Position numbers and translations under genes: made by a program | Assembly (NCBI GenBank): GCA_022819825.1 | Contig: JAJEGM010000028.1 | Location: 1,838 to 65,837, forward strand | Length of the DNA: 64,000 nt | Direction of reading: 5' to 3' | Origin: Acidimicrobiia bacterium | Lineage (GTDB): Bacteria; Actinomycetota; Acidimicrobiia; Acidimicrobiales; Bin134 | Part shown: positions 9,250 to 17,827 of the stretch, one piece after another | Numbering within the stretch: position 1 is the stretch's first letter | Layout of the letters: each line of letters starts with the position of its first letter | Notes under the pieces: generated by a model | What the model saw: the letters and a program-made list of their open reading frames with translations, nothing else | Told to the model about the DNA's origin: nothing | The model's database searches: none

Positions 9250-10638
9250 CTACCAGACGGGGAACTTGGCCTTGTCGGGGAGGCCCGAGCGCCCCACGAC
9301 GGCTTCTCCGGCTTGCTGGCAGCGGTTGTAGAAGGATTCCTCGTCGATGGTGGTCATGCGGCCACCCTCCACCACTTTCTGCCCGTCCACGAACACGGTG
9401 TGAACACCTCGGCCGTCGGCCGACCACACCAGCTGGTTCATCACGTTCAACAGCGGCCGCCATTCGGGTCGGTCCGTGTCGTGCATCACTACATCGGCCA
9501 GCTTGCCGGGCTCCAGCGAGCCGATCTTGTCTTGCATCAGCATGGTCCGGGCCCCGTCCAACGTCGCCATCTCGTAGGCCTTCTCGGCTGGGAACATCTG
9601 AGGATCCATGCGGGCGTCTTTGAACAGCCCGGCCACCAGGTAAGTGGCCCGCATCAGGTCGGAGTAGTTGGAGGCGTTGTTGCCATCAGTGCCCAGGCTC
9701 ACGTTCGCCCCGGCGGTGACCATCTCGGGGATCTTGCCGATTTGGGTCACGCCGTAGCTCACCTTCAGCGCGGTTGTGGGACAGTGGACCACCGACGTTC
9801 CGGCCTCGGCCAGCAGCGCGATCTCCTGGTCGTCGACGTGGACGCAGTGGGTGATGGCGGTGTCGTCGCCCAGCACACCCAGTTCTCCCAGGTGCACCAT
9901 CGGGCGCTGGCCGAACGCCGCAATGAAGGTGTCGGGATCCAATGCGGCCGGGGACATGTGGAAGCTGAGCCCCACGCCGTACTCGTCGGCGGCGGCCCGA
10001 GCGGCCTGCCACAAGGGGTCGGAGCAGGTGGTGTGGCCCACCACCATCGACCACGCCCCCAGCCGCCCGCCGGCGGTGCCTTGGAACCGCTCGACGGTGT
10101 CGCGCAGGTTGGCGATGGCCTCGTCGGTGTCTTGGCGGTACACGCTGGGCTCGGGAGGCAGATCCCACACCCATTTACCGATCCGGCCCCGGATGCCGGA
10201 TTCGACCAGGCCGTCCATCACCTCGTCGACAAATCGGATAGTGCCCGCTTCTAAGAAGCAGGTGGTGCCCGACTTGAGCATCTCCACCGCGGCCAACTGC
10301 CCCGATAGGCGCTCCTCCTCGGCGGTGTATACCGAATAGAGGGGGCACAGCCATTGGAACACGTTCTCCTCAAACGGGGTGTCGTCGGGCACATAGCCCC
10401 GGGTGAGGGGCTCGCCGGTGATGTGGATATGGGTGTTGACCAGCCCCGGCGTGATCACGAATCGGTCACCGCCCACCGTCTCCGCGGCCTGGTAGCGGCC
10501 CTCCAGGTCCGATGCCTTGCCCACATCGACAATCTGGTTGCCTCTGATGGCTACTGCGCCTTGGTGAATCATGTCGCGGGTCGGGTTCATGGTGACGACG
10601 TACCAGCCCTTGATGAGGGTGTCGATCTGTTCCGTCAT
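9250..10638 (-). CDS. metal-dependent amidohydrolase (TRZ/ATZ / deaminase-chlorohydrolase-like)
   Basis: ..VITPGLVNTHIHITGEP.. metal-binding HxH, ..VHCPT.. and ..LGTDG.. blocks. Its ATG forms an ATGA overlap with the upstream stop at 10635-10638. Confidence 0.85.
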   Translation of the reverse strand: MTEQIDTLIKGWYVVTMNPTRDMIHQGAVAIRGNQIVDVGKASDLEGRYQAAETVGGDRFVITPGLVNTHIHITGEPLTRGYVPDDTPFEENVFQWLCPLYSVYTAEEERLSGQLAAVEMLKSGTTCFLEAGTIRFVDEVMDGLVESGIRGRIGKWVWDLPPEPSVYRQDTDEAIANLRDTVERFQGTAGGRLGAWSMVVGHTTCSDPLWQAARAAADEYGVGLSFHMSPAALDPDTFIAAFGQRPMVHLGELGVLGDDTAITHCVHVDDQEIALLAEAGTSVVHCPTTALKVSYGVTQIGKIPEMVTAGANVSLGTDGNNASNYSDLMRATYLVAGLFKDARMDPQMFPAEKAYEMATLDGARTMLMQDKIGSLEPGKLADVVMHDTDRPEWRPLLNVMNQLVWSADGRGVHTVFVDGQKVVEGGRMTTIDEESFYNRCQQAGEAVVGRSGLPDKAKFPVW

Positions 10639-11747
10639 TGCTCTCCTCCTGGTAAATTTCGAGGCTTAGTGGCGACGTAGGCGTATTGGTGGCCTATGGG
10701 CTCGATGAGGCGGAGATGTTCGAATCCGGCGTCTTTGAGCCATTCGGCGACCTGCGAGGCGGTGATGGGGAAGCCGTTTGTGGTGCTGGCCATCATGGTC
10801 ATGCCCATCAGCGTGCTGTGGGGGCTCCATTGGGGCTCGGGGGCCACGAAGTAGTCGGCCAATAGGAGGCGGCCTTCGGGGCGCAGTGCCTCGTGCGCTC
10901 GGATGATGAGGCGTTGAGCGCCTTCGGGGCCCTCGGTACGACAAACGTGGCCCAGCACTGCGATGTCGTAGCTCTCGGGTTCGATGTCGATGGTGTGGAA
11001 GTCGCCGGGGCGGAATTCGCAGCGGTCGGCCACGCCATGTTCGGCGGTGGTGCGCTGGGCCACTTCGATTATTCCGTCGAGGTCGTTGATCACCGCGGTG
11101 GCTTCCGGGCAGGCCTTGAGCACGGCAATGGCCCAGGGGGCGCCGCCCGCCCCCAGATCCAGAACTCGGGGGGCGGTCATGGCGCTGTAGCGCAGTTGGA
11201 GGTCGGCGCGGGTGGCGGCTCGGAGCATGGTGGTGAAAGTGCCCTCGACCAGAGGGCCATAGAACTCGGCCGGGTCGTCGTCAATGGGCTCGGCGGGCCG
11301 CCCGGCTCGGATGGTGTCGGCCAGCCGCGACCAGTTGTCCAGCGGGCCGGGTGCCACCGGCACCAGCGAGGCCATCGATGCCGCTCCGTCGGTGGTGAGG
11401 TAGCGGGCGGCGGTGTCGTTCAGGCCGTAGCGACCACCCACTCGCTCCAGCAGCCCGAGCACCGCCAGGGAGTCGAGCAGCGCCCCGAGGTGGGGAGCCG
11501 ACACCCCGAGTGCGCCAGCTAAGTCTGCGGCGGTCACTTCTGGGGGGGTTACAGGATTGGCGCCCCGGTCGGACAGGGCGTCGAACACGCCCAGTTCAAG
11601 GGCAGCCACCAGCACGTGGAACGAGCCGAGGCCTCCGATCACGGCCCACACCGGAGCCGACGGCGGGGGTTTGTGGTCGGTCCAGGGACGGCCTACCCGC
11701 TCGGGGACGTGGGATTTCTTCAGTTCGGGATACGGGGAATCAGCCAC
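10635..11747 (-). CDS. class I SAM-dependent O-methyltransferase (dimerisation wHTH plus MT domain)
   Basis: ..VLVAALELGVFDAL.. N-terminal domain and SAM motif VLDLGAGGAPWAIAVL ..VINDL.. ..GDFH... The track ORF (to 12428) is an Arg/Gly-rich extension overlapping the upstream gene. GTG 11747 is chosen and the start is uncertain. Confidence 0.7.
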   Translation of the reverse strand: MADSPYPELKKSHVPERVGRPWTDHKPPPSAPVWAVIGGLGSFHVLVAALELGVFDALSDRGANPVTPPEVTAADLAGALGVSAPHLGALLDSLAVLGLLERVGGRYGLNDTAARYLTTDGAASMASLVPVAPGPLDNWSRLADTIRAGRPAEPIDDDPAEFYGPLVEGTFTTMLRAATRADLQLRYSAMTAPRVLDLGAGGAPWAIAVLKACPEATAVINDLDGIIEVAQRTTAEHGVADRCEFRPGDFHTIDIEPESYDIAVLGHVCRTEGPEGAQRLIIRAHEALRPEGRLLLADYFVAPEPQWSPHSTLMGMTMMASTTNGFPITASQVAEWLKDAGFEHLRLIEPIGHQYAYVATKPRNLPGGEQ

Positions 11748-11767
11748 TCGTTCTCCCGAAATCCATG

Positions 11768-12802
11768 TCAGGGCTTCAGCAGGATTTTGCCGAAGAAGTC
11801 GCTGGCCAGCATCTTGGCCTGGGCATCGGCCGCATCGGCCAAGTCGAACACCGAGTCGACCGCGGCGGTGAAGCCGTCGCCGCAGAAGATTTCCCACGCC
11901 GGGGCGAACTCCTCGGGGCGGTACGGGTCGGAACCCAGGATCTTGATGCCGGAGTGGAATACATAGCCCAGCGACGGGATGACCGCCTCGTCGCCGGAGG
12001 AGTTGCCGCAGTTCACCAACCGTCCGCCGATGCCCAATGCGAATAGAGACGGGCCGAAAAGGGCAGTGCCCACATGGTCGAAAACCATGTCCACCCCCGC
12101 TCCGGCGGTCAGCTCCCGGGCCCAGGCGGCCACGTCGTCGGTTCGATTGTTGAGCACATGGGATGCCCCCAACTCCAGTGCCCGCTGGCACTTCTCGTCG
12201 GTGCCCGCGGTGGCCAGCACGGTGGCCCCGGCGTTCACCGCAAACTGGATGGCGGCCACCGATACCCCCGACCCGGCGGCGTGGATCATCACCGTCTCGC
12301 CCGCGGTGAGCCCGCCTACTTCGAACAGCCCATGGGCGGCGGTGAGGTAGCAGGTGGGGAAAGTGGCGGCAGTCTCCAACGACATGGCGTGGGGTACTGG
12401 GTAAACATGTGAGGCCGGCACCAGGCACCGCTCGGCATACCCGCCGTCGATGGTGGCGCCGATGATGCCCAGTTCCCCATACAGGTCGCCCCGGCCTCCC
12501 AGCTTGGAGCGGTCGTCCACCCCGGCCAGCGACGGGTCTACCACCACCCTGTCGCCAACGGCCACCCCGTCGACCTCGGAACCAATCTCCGATACCACTC
12601 CGGCCACATCCATGCCGGCGATGTGGGGCAGCGTGAAGCCGGGCATGGCGAACCAGCCATTGCGCTGCACTACGTCCAATCGGTTCAGGGCAGTGACCAC
12701 CACGTCGACCACCACATCCACCGGACCTGGCTCGGGATCGGGCACCTCTTCGTAACGAAGCACGTCGGGGCCACCGGGCTCGTGGTATCGCATCGCCTTC
12801 AT
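11768..12802 (-). CDS. NADPH:quinone oxidoreductase / zinc-binding alcohol dehydrogenase family
   Basis: MKAMRYHEPGGPDVLRYEEVPDPEPGP.. N-terminus and nucleotide motif ..IHAAGSGVSVAAIQFA.. Confidence 0.85.
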   Translation of the reverse strand: MKAMRYHEPGGPDVLRYEEVPDPEPGPVDVVVDVVVTALNRLDVVQRNGWFAMPGFTLPHIAGMDVAGVVSEIGSEVDGVAVGDRVVVDPSLAGVDDRSKLGGRGDLYGELGIIGATIDGGYAERCLVPASHVYPVPHAMSLETAATFPTCYLTAAHGLFEVGGLTAGETVMIHAAGSGVSVAAIQFAVNAGATVLATAGTDEKCQRALELGASHVLNNRTDDVAAWARELTAGAGVDMVFDHVGTALFGPSLFALGIGGRLVNCGNSSGDEAVIPSLGYVFHSGIKILGSDPYRPEEFAPAWEIFCGDGFTAAVDSVFDLADAADAQAKMLASDFFGKILLKP

Positions 12803-12828
12803 CGCCGCTCCCCTTTGTCTCAGCCCGA

Positions 12829-13767
12829 CTATTTCAGACCGCGGATGAACGGTTGAGCCAAGGCGGCGGGCGAGCGAACCCTACGGGCAAAAATGGCCAT
12901 GGTCCCGATGGTCACCAGATAGGGCAGGGCTTGCAACAACTCGGTGTTGAGCTCGTAGCCCAGACCTTGCAGCGACAACTGGAACGACAAGGCCCCGGCG
13001 AACACGACGCAGCCCCCCATGGTGCCCCACAGCGTCCAGCCGCCGAAGATCACCGCGGCGATGGCAATAAAGCCCTGACCTCTGATTATGGAATCATCAA
13101 AGGCGGCGATTTGAGCGAACAGGAAGTAGGCCCCGCCCAAGCCAGAGGTCAACCCGGCGTAGTAGATGGACTGTCGGCGACGGAGGTTCACATCGATGCC
13201 GCTCACGTCGGCCGACTGGGGGTTCTCCCCCGCGGCCCGTAGCTCCAACCCCCACCGGGTTCGATACACCAGCCACCACGACAGGGGAACCAACCCATAG
13301 AGGAGGTAGAACGGCCACGGCTCTCCGAAGAGCGCTTGCCCGAAAAGAGGGATGTCCACCAGCACCGGGATCTCCACTGTTGAGGCTCTATCGGCCCGGG
13401 GATCGATCTCTCGATCCAAGAACCCGGTGAGTCCAACGATCAAGATGTTGAGGGTGAGGCCGACCACGAACTGGTCGGCGGTGAGGCGATGGCTCATCTG
13501 GGCCTGCACGACCGCGATAATCAGACCGCCGAATGCCCCGAACACCAAGCCCACCGCCACCGAATCGGCGAGGTGATATCCGAGTGCCCCGGCAAAGGCC
13601 CCGCTCAGGAGCATCCCCTCCACTGAGATGTTCAAGGTGCCCGAACGCTCGGCCACCCACTCTCCGGTGGCCGCAAAGGCCAGCAGCGCGGCAAAGAGCG
13701 CGCCATTGATGTAGGTGGACTCGCTGGACAACACGTCGCCCACGGCGGAGAAGAAGTCGATCAGCAC
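12829..13767 (-). CDS. ABC transporter permease (BMP/nucleoside-type, second permease)
   Basis: 312-aa multi-pass hydrophobic ORF. ..AERSGTLNISVEGMLLSGAF.. is the signature block of the Bmp-family/simple-sugar permeases. Confidence 0.85.
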   Translation of the reverse strand: MLIDFFSAVGDVLSSESTYINGALFAALLAFAATGEWVAERSGTLNISVEGMLLSGAFAGALGYHLADSVAVGLVFGAFGGLIIAVVQAQMSHRLTADQFVVGLTLNILIVGLTGFLDREIDPRADRASTVEIPVLVDIPLFGQALFGEPWPFYLLYGLVPLSWWLVYRTRWGLELRAAGENPQSADVSGIDVNLRRRQSIYYAGLTSGLGGAYFLFAQIAAFDDSIIRGQGFIAIAAVIFGGWTLWGTMGGCVVFAGALSFQLSLQGLGYELNTELLQALPYLVTIGTMAIFARRVRSPAALAQPFIRGLK

Positions 13768-13771
13768 GGCA

Positions 13772-14863
13772 TCACACCCTCTCCGTTGCCGCAGCTCGAG
13801 CCCGGCGACGATCCCTCAGGAAGACCACCGCGGGTGGGACCAGCAAGGCCAGCACCAACAGCCCCTGCACCACGTCGGTGATGCGGCTCTCCACCCCGGT
13901 GCTGTTCACGAAGCCCGCACCCGTGCGCAGCATGGCGAACACGAAGGCGGCCACCACCGCAGGCAGCGCCCGCTCTCGGGCCATCAAGGCCACCAGCAGG
14001 CCGGTCCAGCCGATGTTGTCGGAGAAGCCGGGCACCAGCCGGTAGTTGCCGAAAGAGAAACCGCCGCCGGCGAACATGGCCGCCCCGGCCAGACCGGCGA
14101 AGGCCCCGCCGATGGCCAGTGCGGTGGCGCCATAGACGGTGGACGACACCCCGGATCGCTGGGCGGCCCGGGGATTGTGGCCCAGCATCCTCAGCCGAAA
14201 GCCCCATACCGTGCGGGCCAGCACATAGGCCACCGCCAAGGCCAGCGCCAACGCCACGTAGACGGTGATGGGGAACTCGTTGCCGAATATGTCGGGACGG
14301 GGAATCCGGTTGTTCTTGGCCAGTTGCTCGCTCACCAGGTTGCGGTTGCCCCGGCTGGCCTCGTCAGCCAGCAGCAGCCATTGCCACTTCAAGCCGTATC
14401 CCACCGCCTGAATGGCCACAAACACCAACAGCAGGGTGCTCAGCACTTCGGGCACCCCCCGCCAATAGCGCAGCAGCCCAGCGGCCGAGGCCCACACTGC
14501 CCCGCCCAACGCGCCGAACAGCAATAGCAGCACCACGTTCAGCGGGCCGGGGCCGCCGATACGAAAGCTGAAGAACACCGCAAACGCCGCTCCCATCAGC
14601 AACTGCCCCTCTTGGCCGATGTTGATCAGGCCCGCCTTCGCCGAGATCACCGTGCCCAGCGCCACCAACAGCAGGGGTGCGGCCACGCCCAGGGTCTCCC
14701 CCCAGCGCCCGGACGCCTTGATGCTGCCGTCCACCAATGCCTCGAGTACCGGCCACCAGTCACCGCCGGTGGCCTCCACGATCACGCTGGAAATGGCCAG
14801 GGCCACGGCCACGCTGAGGGCGTAGAGCACCACCCACTCGGCGACCCGGGCGCCCCGCGTCAT
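13772..14863 (-). CDS. ABC transporter permease (BMP/nucleoside-type, first permease)
   Basis: 363-aa multi-pass ORF with ..AKAGLINIGQEGQLLMGA... Its start has a 4-nt overlap with the ATPase stop. Confidence 0.85.
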   Translation of the reverse strand: MTRGARVAEWVVLYALSVAVALAISSVIVEATGGDWWPVLEALVDGSIKASGRWGETLGVAAPLLLVALGTVISAKAGLINIGQEGQLLMGAAFAVFFSFRIGGPGPLNVVLLLLFGALGGAVWASAAGLLRYWRGVPEVLSTLLLVFVAIQAVGYGLKWQWLLLADEASRGNRNLVSEQLAKNNRIPRPDIFGNEFPITVYVALALALAVAYVLARTVWGFRLRMLGHNPRAAQRSGVSSTVYGATALAIGGAFAGLAGAAMFAGGGFSFGNYRLVPGFSDNIGWTGLLVALMARERALPAVVAAFVFAMLRTGAGFVNSTGVESRITDVVQGLLVLALLVPPAVVFLRDRRRARAAATERV

Positions 14864-16476
14864 TCGGTGCTTCCCCCCATCATCAAACCCAGGGTTTCGA
14901 GGTTGGCGTCGGCCTGGGAAAGCTCGCCGACAATTCGGCCTCGAGACATGACCACAATCCGGTCGGCCAATTCCAGGATCTCCTCCAGCTCGCTGGAGAT
15001 CAGCAGCACGGCCACACCGTCAATCGCAGTTTGCCGCAGCCGATCGGTCATGTACTCAATCGCCCCCACATCCAGCCCGCGTGTGGGCTGGGCCGCCACC
15101 AGAACATCGGGCTCGGCAGCCAGTTCGCGGGCCAGCACCACCCGCTGCTGGTTACCGCCCGATAGCGACCACAGCGGGGCGTCGGGCCCTGAACAGCCGA
15201 TGTCGAATTCCTCGATCATCTGCTGGGCGGTCTCGGTGGCCCGGGCCTTGTCCAGTACCCCGTGGCGGGCCACCCGATGAGGGTCCACCATGAGCAGGTT
15301 CTCCACGACCGTCATGTCCAATACCACGCCGGAGTCATGGCGGTCTTCGGGGATCACCGCCACTCCGGCCCTGGCCATGGCACCGGGCGAGCCGGTCGGC
15401 ACCTCTTTGTCGTTGACCACCACTCGGCCGGCATCCAGCGGAACGAGGCTGGACAGCAGGTCGCCCAGGGTCCGCTGACCGTTTCCCTCCACACCGGCCA
15501 CACCCACGATCTCGCCCGCTCGAAGATCCAGGCTGATGTCGTCCAGCAGTCGCGCCCCACCCCGCCCCTTGACCGTGACTCCTTCGATCCGCAGCACCGG
15601 CTCATCCGATGGCGTCGTTTCCGCAAGCTGCCTGTTCTCACCGTTGCCACTCGGTTCCTGGTCGGGGTCCTCGATTTCAGCGAGGCCGAAAGCGGCTCGC
15701 TCCGAGCGCAGCGATACTTCCCGCCCCACCATGGCCCGGGCCAGACTGCGAGCGACGGCCTCCCGGGTGGGCAGGTGGTCCACAACCCGTCCCTGGCGCA
15801 TAATGGTGATCTCGTCGGTGGCGTGCAGCACCTCGTCCAGCTTGTGGCTGACCAGCACGACGGCTCGGCCTTCAGCTGCGACCACCTCTCGCAGCGTGCT
15901 GAACAGCTGCTCCGACTCCTCAGGAGTGAGCACCGAGGTGGGCTCGTCGAACACCAGAATGTGGGGGTTCCGGCGCAGGCACTTGATGATCTCCACTCTT
16001 TGGCGCAGGCCGGCGGTCAGTTCGCCCACTCGGGCATCGGGATCGATGTCGAGGCCGTACTGCTGGCTGATGGCTGCCACCCGGTCGCGCACTCCCGCCG
16101 ATTTCAGCCGACCCTCCTCACCGAGGGCGACGTTCTCCCAGACGGAGAGCTGATCAACCAAGCTGAAGTGCTGGTGGACCATGGCAATGCCTAGGGCGGC
16201 GGCGGCCAGCGGATCGTGAATGGTACAGGGCTGACCGTCGATTCGGATTGAACCCGCATCGGGCAGCACCAGCCCGATGAGCACCTTCATCAGGGTCGAC
16301 TTGCCGGCCCCGTTCTCGCCCAGGATTCCGTGGACACGGCCTCGGTGCAGGGTCAGGTCCACCTGGTCGCAGGCGACGATCCCCCCGAAGCGCTTGGTTA
16401 TTCCGGTGAGCTCGACCGCAGGCGCCGAGGGGTCAGGCCCCCCGGCGCCTGTCATTTCGGTCGTTGCGTCCGTCAC
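14860..16476 (-). CDS. ABC transporter ATP-binding protein with duplicated ATPase domains
   Basis: Walker A GENGAGKST and a second P-loop GVEGNGQ, signature LSGGNQQR, Walker B ILVFDEPT. The GTG start forms a GTGA overlap with the upstream stop at 16473-16476. Confidence 0.9.
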   Translation of the reverse strand: MTDATTEMTGAGGPDPSAPAVELTGITKRFGGIVACDQVDLTLHRGRVHGILGENGAGKSTLMKVLIGLVLPDAGSIRIDGQPCTIHDPLAAAALGIAMVHQHFSLVDQLSVWENVALGEEGRLKSAGVRDRVAAISQQYGLDIDPDARVGELTAGLRQRVEIIKCLRRNPHILVFDEPTSVLTPEESEQLFSTLREVVAAEGRAVVLVSHKLDEVLHATDEITIMRQGRVVDHLPTREAVARSLARAMVGREVSLRSERAAFGLAEIEDPDQEPSGNGENRQLAETTPSDEPVLRIEGVTVKGRGGARLLDDISLDLRAGEIVGVAGVEGNGQRTLGDLLSSLVPLDAGRVVVNDKEVPTGSPGAMARAGVAVIPEDRHDSGVVLDMTVVENLLMVDPHRVARHGVLDKARATETAQQMIEEFDIGCSGPDAPLWSLSGGNQQRVVLARELAAEPDVLVAAQPTRGLDVGAIEYMTDRLRQTAIDGVAVLLISSELEEILELADRIVVMSRGRIVGELSQADANLETLGLMMGGSTE

Positions 16477-17777
16477 CCGCCGCCGTAGGCCTCGCCGGAG
16501 ATTCCGCCGAGCACGCCGAGCAACTCGCCGTCGGTGGCGACAGCTTCGAAGGCATCGGCCAGCAGCGCCTCAGCCTCTGCCGACGGGTCGCACAGCTCGC
16601 CGCCATTGAGACCTTGCAGAGTCGGGAACTGGTAGGTAGAGCCTTCGGTCAGGTCTCCGGAGATGATGCGCGGCAGCGCTTGCTGGGCATATCGACCTCC
16701 GTCGAACACGATGGCGCCGGTCCATGCGATCCCGTCGTCGCGGGAGCAGATGTCTCCGGGACCGGCGGCGAACACCGCAATCCCCTCATCGGTGGCCAAC
16801 TGGCCGACCGGGTTCAGCGCCCCGCCCAAGTAGGCGTAGGCCAGCGTGGCGCCCTCAGCAATGGCGTTGGTGAGCGCCGCAGTGGCGTTGGCCGAGTTGT
16901 CGAAGTCGAACGGGAAGGCGCCGGTGGCGACGTATTCCATGGTGAACGACGGGTCGACTGTCTGGAGCCCGTACACGGTGGCGTTGTAGGCCTCCTTCTC
17001 GAAGCCGAGATCACAGCAGCCCAGGAAAACGGCGGTATCGCCGCCATGGTCCTGCAACGCCGCACCCATGGCAACGCCCGCGGTGTAGTGGATGGGCGAA
17101 CCCCAGTCAGTGGCTTGGGCCAAGCCGGGGATCTCCGGGAATCCGGCACCACAGTTGCAGTACCAGAAGATGTCGGGATACTGCTCGGTGAGGTCGGCCA
17201 ACGGCTCGGCGATCTCGCTGGCACCCACCAAGATCACATCCACGCCTTGGGCGGCCAGATCGGACATGGCCTGGGCCGCTTCGGCGGCGCCGATGCTGTC
17301 GCTCACGATGGGCGGGGCGAACCCGTTTTCGGCGGAGAACTCCTCGGCGAAGTCCACCAGTGCCTGGTAGTAGCCCTGGTCGTCGCGAGGCCCGGCAGCC
17401 GCGACCCCGATGGTGAGGGTGCCGTCGCCGTTAGCGTCGAACGTGTCCAGAATCGCTTGCAGTTCCATGTCCATGGGCGGCTCGGTGGGCTCAGGTTCCG
17501 GCTCGGGCTCATCGTCCATCGGCTCGGGATCGGGTTCGGGCTCGTCGTCCATGGGCTCGGGATCATCGTCCATCGGCTCGTCATCCATGGGCTCGGGCTC
17601 GGGTTCGGGCTCGTCGTCCATGGGCTCGGGATCAGGATCAGGCGCAGGCGCCTCGACGGCTGCGCCGCCGTCGTCATCGTCGTCGTTGCCGCAGCCGGCG
17701 GCCACCAGGGCCAGCACCGATAACAGCGCGGCCAACAGCATCAGTAGCCGAAGTCGGCCATCAATTCGCTTGGTCAT
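16473..17777 (-). CDS. BMP-family ABC substrate-binding lipoprotein with a long acidic repeat linker
   Basis: Signal peptide plus lipobox LVAAGC, then about 75 residues of D/E/P/M repeats, then a periplasmic-binding fold (..VDVILVGASE.., ..YLGGALNPVGQ..) as in Bmp/PnrA-type binding proteins. Confidence 0.8.
   Translation of the reverse strand: MTKRIDGRLRLLMLLAALLSVLALVAAGCGNDDDDDGGAAVEAPAPDPDPEPMDDEPEPEPEPMDDEPMDDDPEPMDDEPEPDPEPMDDEPEPEPEPTEPPMDMELQAILDTFDANGDGTLTIGVAAAGPRDDQGYYQALVDFAEEFSAENGFAPPIVSDSIGAAEAAQAMSDLAAQGVDVILVGASEIAEPLADLTEQYPDIFWYCNCGAGFPEIPGLAQATDWGSPIHYTAGVAMGAALQDHGGDTAVFLGCCDLGFEKEAYNATVYGLQTVDPSFTMEYVATGAFPFDFDNSANATAALTNAIAEGATLAYAYLGGALNPVGQLATDEGIAVFAAGPGDICSRDDGIAWTGAIVFDGGRYAQQALPRIISGDLTEGSTYQFPTLQGLNGGELCDPSAEAEALLADAFEAVATDGELLGVLGGISGEAYGGG
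17466..17687 (-). repeat. coding low-complexity tandem repeat (PEPMDDE/PEPEPE units)
   Basis: The protein reads NDDDDDGG..PDPDPEPMDDEPEPEPEPMDDEPMDDDPEPMDDEPEPDPEPMDDEPEPEPEPTEPP. At DNA level a roughly 34-nt unit (GGGTTCGGGCTCGTCGTCCATGGGCTCGGGATCA) recurs near 17532 and 17600. Confidence 0.85.
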
Positions 17778-17827
17778 GGATTCCCCTCCTGTATGGGCGA
17801 TCTGTTTCGGTCACACCAGGGCCTTAA

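Noticed and set aside
11748-12428. N-terminal 227 residues of the 597-aa track ORF 10635-12428
   Set aside because: The extension is Arg/Gly/His-rich and overlaps the well-supported quinone-oxidoreductase gene on the same strand in another frame. The methyltransferase homology begins only near 11700.
17466-17687. Periodic DNA repeats considered as a possible CRISPR array or other non-coding tandem array
   Set aside because: The units are contiguous, with no unique spacers, and lie in frame inside a well-supported lipoprotein gene. They encode the acidic linker.
16464-17723. 419-aa plus-strand ORF opposite the BMP binding-protein gene
   Set aside because: It is a Gly/Arg/Val-rich shadow frame. 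The minus strand has a signal peptide, a lipobox and a binding-protein fold, and it is translationally coupled to the ABC ATPase.
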